Below, one piece after another: positions 59,960 to 64,000 of a stretch of 64,000 nt of DNA. The stretch is from Nannocystales bacterium. Lineage in GTDB: Bacteria; Myxococcota_A; Polyangia; Nannocystales; Nannocystaceae. The stretch covers positions 96,001 to 160,000 of the forward strand of contig JBOEGF010000043.1 in assembly GCA_050633305.1 (NCBI GenBank), read 5' to 3'. Position numbers and translations under genes: made by a program. The notes below the pieces were generated by a model that was given only the letters and a program-made list of their open reading frames with translations, did no database searches and was not told the origin of the DNA. Each line of letters opens with the position of its first letter. Position 1 is the stretch's first letter.

Positions 59960-60200
59960 CGTTCCTGTGGCGGACTTCGAGTGGACCGCCTCGGCTCCTC
60001 CGGGACTTCAAAGGGGAAACACTCGAGGACATGGCCGGGGACTCCAGACGAAGAGGCGGCCGGGCCTGACGACCCTCGTCGAGCGGAAGTTCGAAGCGAC
60101 GCCACCCAACGCTTTGTGGGTCGCCGTCCACTCGTGGTTGAGCGGCCCAGTCCGTCGATGCGCATCGACGTGGTGCTTCACCCGCTCGAGCGCGCCCGGA
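59960..60200 (+). mobile_element. Degraded IS3-family transposase (OrfB) fragments
   Basis: LVERKFEATPPNALWVA (60075-60125; compare DLVxRxFxAxxPNxLWVAD) and SMRIDVVLHPLERA (60155-60196) in a shifted frame. VPVA...GLQ..TRG upstream. Confidence 0.68.
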
Positions 60201-60318
60201 CGCTCCCTCCCGACCGATACGCTCGATGAAGGCAGCGCGACCCATTGTCCGTGCTGCAGCGTCGGCCGATCTGTCCATGACTGCAAGGGGACCCCGGCGC
60301 AGCGGTACACTCTGCGCG

Positions 60319-61368
60319 ATGACGGAAACTCGGGTCGCACTCGACGTGATGGGAGGGGACCACGGAGCCGCGGTCACGATGGAGGCCGCCGCTGCTGTCT
60401 CCAAAGACACTTCCATCGATCTGCTTCTCGTCGGTGACCCCGATGCGATCGCGCGCGGGCTCGACAGCCATGAGCACAACCCCAAGCGCATCGAGGTGCT
60501 CCCCGCGATGGAAGTCATCGGCCAGACCGAGAAGCCTCGTCAGGGGCTCGACACCAAGCCCGACGCATCGTTGTCCCGGGCGGTTCAAGCGGCGGCGAGC
60601 GGGGATGCGTCGGCGTTTGTCTCGGCGGGGTCGACCGGGGCGATTGTGTTGGCGGCGGCGCGCTGGGTCCCGAAGATCGAAGGCGTGAAACGAGCGGCGC
60701 TCGCGGCCGTGTATCCGACCAGGGAACGTCGCGGCAATCCGGACCGGTTCGCGCTCATGCTGGACGTCGGCGCGACCGTCCGGTGTAGCGCGACCGACTT
60801 GCTCTTCTTCGCCTATATGGGCAACGCCTACGCGGGCCGGATCAGCAAGGTGAGCTCGCCTTCGATCGGCTTGCTCAACATGGGCCGGGAAGAGACGAAG
60901 GGCGGGGAGGTGCTGGCCACCGCCCATCGCTTGATCCGCGAAGACGACTCCTTGAACTTCATCGGCAACATCGAGGGCAACGACATACCGATGGGCGTCT
61001 GCGACGTCGTGGTCTGCGAGGGATTGGTGGGGAACGTCGCGCTCAAGATGGGGGAGGGCGTCGGCGAGGTGCTCAAGAGCGTCAGCAAGTGGGCGTTCAA
61101 GCAGAACCTCGTTTGGAAGGCCGGCCTCACCTTGCTCGCCCGGGGTCTGCGGCAGCTCAAGGACATCACCGACTACTCCGAGTACGGTGGTGCGCCGCTG
61201 CTGGGCTTCAGCCGCCCGGTCCTCAAGGCACACGGACGCAGTGAGGCGAGGGCGATCGCCAACGCGATCAAGGTGGCCGCGAAAGCCCATCGCGACGATG
61301 TGTGTGGTGAGATCGAGCGCGCCGTCGCGGACTTCCGCTCCCGCTCTGGAGACGATGGTGCCGCGTGA
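60319..61368 (+). CDS. plsX: Phosphate acyltransferase PlsX
   Basis: ALDVMGGDH, VSAGSTGA, GVKRAAL, LDVGA, GLLNMGREETKG, NFIGNIEG, GNVALK, YGGAPLLG, KAHGRS. Confidence 0.95.
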   Translation: MTETRVALDVMGGDHGAAVTMEAAAAVSKDTSIDLLLVGDPDAIARGLDSHEHNPKRIEVLPAMEVIGQTEKPRQGLDTKPDASLSRAVQAAASGDASAFVSAGSTGAIVLAAARWVPKIEGVKRAALAAVYPTRERRGNPDRFALMLDVGATVRCSATDLLFFAYMGNAYAGRISKVSSPSIGLLNMGREETKGGEVLATAHRLIREDDSLNFIGNIEGNDIPMGVCDVVVCEGLVGNVALKMGEGVGEVLKSVSKWAFKQNLVWKAGLTLLARGLRQLKDITDYSEYGGAPLLGFSRPVLKAHGRSEARAIANAIKVAAKAHRDDVCGEIERAVADFRSRSGDDGAA

Positions 61369-62161
61369 GCCCGAGCTGCTCTCGGACCTGACCGACCCCC
61401 GGCTGTCCCCGTTCTCCGGGGTCGTCGGACGTGCGAGGGACGGGTTGGCGGTCGTGGAGGGAGCAATCCCGGCGATGCGTGCGTGCAGCTCGGGTCTTCG
61501 GGTCGACACGCTCGTTTGCACGCCCAGTCACGTCGACCGCCTTCGCCCCCAGGTCCCTGAGTCCACCCGGTGGTGGTGTGCCAGCAAGGACGTGCTCTCG
61601 TCGCTGCTGGGGTTCTCGTTCCACCGTGGTGTTCTGGCGTCGGTGCAGGTTCCCGGGCCCGCTCCCATTGATTCGGCCCGGCTACGGACGTGCGAAGCGC
61701 CGCTGGTCGCGGTCGCGGTCGGCTTCAGCGATCCCGCAAACGTGGGCGCGCTTTTGCGGGCTGCGCGGGCGCTTGGTGTGGACCACGTGCTGCTCGACGC
61801 TGGCGCCGCGGACCCGTTTGCACGCAAGGCGATCCGGGCGTCCGCGGGACACGTCTTCGGCGTGCCCCTGACGCTGTGTGACCGCGTGTTCGAGCAAACG
61901 ATGGCGCTGCGGGATGAACTCGACGCGGATCTGCTGGCGTTGACCCCAGGAGGGGGCACGTCTTTGCGCACGGTTCAGGGGCGGCGTGCTCGCATCGTGG
62001 CGTTTGGCTCGGAGGGTCCCGGTCTGCCCGAGCGTTGGCTGCAAGCCTCGACCGCGCGGGTTCGAATCCCGCTGGCGGAGGATGTCGACTCGCTCAACGT
62101 CGCCTCCGCGGCCGCGGTCACGTTTTATGCGTTGGACGGCGCGCGGGCTGTGGACTGCTGA
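61355..62161 (+). CDS. TrmH/SpoU family RNA 2'-O-methyltransferase
   Basis: FHRG, DPANVGALLR, IRASAG, GSEGPGL, VRIP...DSLNVASAAA. Confidence 0.92.
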   Translation: MVPREPELLSDLTDPRLSPFSGVVGRARDGLAVVEGAIPAMRACSSGLRVDTLVCTPSHVDRLRPQVPESTRWWCASKDVLSSLLGFSFHRGVLASVQVPGPAPIDSARLRTCEAPLVAVAVGFSDPANVGALLRAARALGVDHVLLDAGAADPFARKAIRASAGHVFGVPLTLCDRVFEQTMALRDELDADLLALTPGGGTSLRTVQGRRARIVAFGSEGPGLPERWLQASTARVRIPLAEDVDSLNVASAAAVTFYALDGARAVDC

Positions 62162-62312
62162 GCATCCGCCCCCACGTCCGTTCCCAGTCGGCCTCGGAGG
62201 CGGACTCCAGCAGGGTCGGAAGCTCGTTGCCGCGCCACGTGTTCCACATGTCGACGAGTCGACCGATGACGACGAAAGGCGCCAGGAACGGCAAGAGAAG
62301 AACGAGCTCCAC
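62118..62312 (-). CDS. Possible small membrane protein
   Basis: Hydrophobic N-terminus. Overlaps the TrmH-like gene end by 44 nt. Confidence 0.3.
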   Translation of the reverse strand: MELVLLLPFLAPFVVIGRLVDMWNTWRGNELPTLLESASEADWERTWGRMLSSPQPARRPTHKT

Positions 62313-62351
62313 GCTCGTTGAGTCTATCGCCAGTCCGCGTGGGTGCCAGCG

Positions 62352-63164
62352 CTACGGCCACGCTTGCAGCTCGATGAACTCGTAGACGAACGAACCGGAC
62401 CCCGTCGCGTCGCTGACCTCGGTGAGGAAGACCCCTGAGGATCCGGCGAACGGGTGGCCTACACCGGGGTCGGCGTCGCCCTCGCCGGCGGTTGTCCAAG
62501 ACCCTGCGGCCGATGCGTCGGTCCGGGCCACCGTCTGGCCGCTTGCCATGGCTGGGGTTGGGCCGTCGACCACGGTGTCCGACGCGTCACGAATCGAGAA
62601 CGTCTCATCGCCGTTGATCGCGGGAAAGCTGTCCTCGCTGTCGAGGTACACGACGTCGGCCTCGAGCGCGCCCCAATGCTGTTCGAACGCACCACGCGTT
62701 GCATCGCGGCCCACCACGAGGATGGCGCCCGCGGGGATGATCGTGCCTGCGGGGAGGGTGAACACTCGGTCGGAGCCGGTCTGCACCAGCGTCCAGCCGG
62801 AGAGGTCGACGGAGTCTTCGGACGGGTCGACATCGGTGGTGCTTGATCCGGTTTCGTCGCCGGTCTCGTCGCCGGTCTCAGCTCCGGTGCCTGAACTCTC
62901 CGCCTCGCCCCCGGTTGTGTCTTCGGCCTGATCGGAGTCGGTCCCCACCTCGGAACTCGGCGGAGCCGTTGTGCTGGGCTCGGTCGCAGGACTCCCTCCG
63001 TCGCTGAGACTGGTCAGGCCCGTGGTCACCGGATTCGACCCGCCCGTGGTGGTGCCCGTGACGTCTTCGGCCAGCGAGCTCCCCTCGCCATCAGCACGCA
63101 TCAGATCTCCGCCCGCGCAGCCGGCGGCAAGGAGGACGAGGAGTGTGGCGAGCCGATGAGACAT
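62352..63164 (-). CDS. Lamin-tail-domain-like lipoprotein
   Basis: Lipobox AAGC, S/T linker, VDLSGWTL...FTLPAGT, FLTEVSD...EFIEL. Confidence 0.78.
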   Translation of the reverse strand: MSHRLATLLVLLAAGCAGGDLMRADGEGSSLAEDVTGTTTGGSNPVTTGLTSLSDGGSPATEPSTTAPPSSEVGTDSDQAEDTTGGEAESSGTGAETGDETGDETGSSTTDVDPSEDSVDLSGWTLVQTGSDRVFTLPAGTIIPAGAILVVGRDATRGAFEQHWGALEADVVYLDSEDSFPAINGDETFSIRDASDTVVDGPTPAMASGQTVARTDASAAGSWTTAGEGDADPGVGHPFAGSSGVFLTEVSDATGSGSFVYEFIELQAWP

Positions 63165-63237
63165 GGGTTCATGCACCGTGACGGCGCACATCGACGCCAG
63201 TTGCACACCCCGGTGACATTTGTGCGATACGAACACC

Positions 63238-63978
63238 ATGCGGGTCGCCGCAATCTCGGATCTGCACATCGGTCTCGACGAGCGGACCGACGCGTTTGGG
63301 CATGAGCCCAAGACGTTTGCGGCTTTTCTGGACGAGCTGCTCGCGACCCACGACCGCGTGGTGCTGCTCGGTGACGTGTTTACCGCCGACCACGCCGCCG
63401 TCTGGGGTGGAGCGCATGCCCGCGTCCACCTACGACGGATCCTCACCCGAGTTCCTTGGTTGGCCGACCGCATCGCCGACCCTCGGGTGCACTACGTGCG
63501 GGGCAACCACGACGTGGTCGCAGGCGATGTCCTCGGTGCCGCCGACCGGGTGGTGTTGACCCGAGGTTCGGTGCGGGTGCTGTTCGTTCACGGCCACCAG
63601 TTCGACCCTGTTGCCCGTCGCGCCTTGCGTCTCGCGCAAGCGGGGACCTGGGCGACTGGTCGAATCCGCGCCGCCGGGATTCCCGCGCTGGCGCAATGGT
63701 TCGAAGACCGCGACGTCGCCATCAAGGATGCGCGATTTCGCGGCGTCGAAGGTCCGTACGCGCAAGCGGCCAATGCGTTGTGTAGAGACGTCGGTGTGTC
63801 CGCGGTGGTCATGGGCCACACCCACGCCGCCCGTGTCGATCATGTAGAGCACGGCGTGTCGCTCAACACCGGGACCTGCTCGGGTGGCCGGTTCGAGATG
63901 CTCAGCCTCGATCTCGCGGCCGGGTCCGGCATCCTGACCCGCGGGTTTGAGCGGGTCCCCATCTCATTCTTGAAATAG
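63238..63978 (+). CDS. Calcineurin-like metallophosphoesterase (LpxH-like)
   Basis: ISDLHIG, LLGDVF, RGNHD, VHGHQFD, MGHTH, NTG. Confidence 0.88.
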   Translation: MRVAAISDLHIGLDERTDAFGHEPKTFAAFLDELLATHDRVVLLGDVFTADHAAVWGGAHARVHLRRILTRVPWLADRIADPRVHYVRGNHDVVAGDVLGAADRVVLTRGSVRVLFVHGHQFDPVARRALRLAQAGTWATGRIRAAGIPALAQWFEDRDVAIKDARFRGVEGPYAQAANALCRDVGVSAVVMGHTHAARVDHVEHGVSLNTGTCSGGRFEMLSLDLAAGSGILTRGFERVPISFLK

Positions 63979-64000
63979 TGGTCGTGTGACCCTATATTGG

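Overview
GC-rich bacterial chromosomal segment, most likely from a myxobacterium. This is inferred from a MYXO-CTERM-like sorting tail, two Hanks-type Ser/Thr kinases and many Cys-rich lipoproteins with DT/ST linkers. Housekeeping genes: sdhAB, the glyoxylate shunt aceB-aceA with a divergent RamB/PccR-type XRE regulator, plsX, a TrmH-type methyltransferase, XdhC, a K+ channel, OmpA and FadL. Most notable: (1) a lipoprotein peroxiredoxin-like gene (9753-10457) that the ORF track splits in two. An in-frame TGA sits exactly at the first position of the YRGFW-x-PAC redox motif and is followed by a SECIS-like hairpin, so it is a probable selenoprotein. (2) A translationally coupled three-gene operon, SNF2 helicase + Mre11/SbcD-like nuclease + Rad50/SbcC(YhaN)-like ATPase (35540-42788), a candidate uncharacterised DNA-repair or anti-MGE defence system. 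(3) An orphan Tae4-like amidase fused to a peptidoglycan-binding domain. (4) A GT-C glycosyltransferase flanked by decayed IS3 fragments. (5) A perfect 26-bp intergenic palindrome. No tRNA, rRNA or CRISPR array was recognised. All calls come from motif recognition by eye, no database searches were run, and many start codons are best guesses.
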